Shown here: positions 24,258-24,572 of the stretch, piece after piece
How the letters are laid out: each line of letters opens with the position of its first letter
Position numbering within the stretch: position 1 is the stretch's first letter
Assembly: GCA_036515095.1 (NCBI GenBank)
Contig: DATBVZ010000665.1
Location: forward strand, 1 to 24,572
From: Cyclobacteriaceae bacterium
GTDB lineage: Bacteria > Bacteroidota > Bacteroidia > Cytophagales > Cyclobacteriaceae
Length of the DNA stretch: 24,572 nt
Reading direction: 5' to 3'
Made by a program: the position numbers and the translations under genes
Notes under the pieces: generated by a model
Database searches by the model: none
What the model saw: the letters and a program-made list of their open reading frames with translations, nothing else
What the model was told of the DNA's origin: nothing

Positions 24258-24310
24258 TTGAAGAATTGAATAATTCCGCCTCCCTTTACTTAGTAAGTCC
24301 CTAAATTGAA
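24258..24310. repeat. TTGAA-core short repeats between convergent stop codons
   Basis: TTGAA at 24258, 24266 (8-bp period) and 24306. Confidence 0.4.
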
Positions 24311-24571
24311 TTAAACAAGGTCCCATTTTTTTCGGTGCTCTCTTGAGAGGTATCGGTTTGCCTCCTTATCGCGAATGAATTTTTCTTTTTGAGGATTCCA
24401 GTTGAGCTTGCGCCCGAGCTGCCAGGAAATCAGGGCCAGGTGCATGGGGAGGGTCATGCCGCGGACGTATTCCAGATTGGATTCCGGTTCCTTCCGCGAC
24501 TTTACCGCGTCAACAAAATTTTGCTGGTGACCGGGCGACCGTAAGACGGCTTGCGGGATCCCGGGTATGTC
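24311..24571 (-). CDS. C-terminal fragment of a Gfo/Idh/MocA oxidoreductase, running off the window end; not in the ORF track
   Basis: Manual translation: DIPGIPQAVLRSPGHQQNFVDAVKSRKEPESNLEYVRGMTLPMHLALISWQLGRKLNWNPQKEKFIRDKEANRYLSREHRKKWDLV*, a typical Gfo C-terminus. Confidence 0.85.
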   Translation of the reverse strand, partial: DIPGIPQAVLRSPGHQQNFVDAVKSRKEPESNLEYVRGMTLPMHLALISWQLGRKLNWNPQKEKFIRDKEANRYLSREHRKKWDLV

Positions 24572-24572
24572 T

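Noticed and set aside
24288-24298. Palindrome ACTTA-G-TAAGT between convergent genes
   Set aside because: Too short, with a 1-nt loop, to be a terminator.
24311-24340. Suspected frameshift in the T7 run at the end of the partial Gfo gene
   Set aside because: A recount gives 7 T, which yields an intact HRKKWDLV* terminus.

Overview
Gene-dense chromosomal window that looks like Bacteroidota (probably Cytophagales), judged from Bacteroidota-type TTG/TAnnTTTG-like promoters, a duplicated MacB/FtsX permease, many exported sugar oxidoreductases and a cold-shock protein with a long basic N-terminal extension. It holds about 22 CDS: citramalate synthase cimA, periplasmic carbohydrate-redox genes (DUF1080, cytochrome c-PQQ/GSDH fusion, gluconolactonase, beta-propeller glycosidase, two Gfo/Idh/MocA enzymes, a Tat TIM-barrel isomerase), an ABC permease and an MFS transporter. 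The best candidate for an undescribed system is a tightly coupled minus-strand operon at 16569-21004: SDR, atypical ROK kinase, NagS/UPF0309-like SIS protein, stand-alone MetE-like Zn enzyme and MBL hydrolase. It is transcribed divergently from a Cys-motif GHL10-like protein and a COG0523 metallochaperone GTPase. Non-coding signals are 7-8 bp tandem repeats placed at stop codons, one heptamer array that encodes a lipoprotein signal peptide, and a REP-like motif. I saw no rRNA, tRNA, CRISPR array or transposase. All family calls come from motif recognition; no database search was run.
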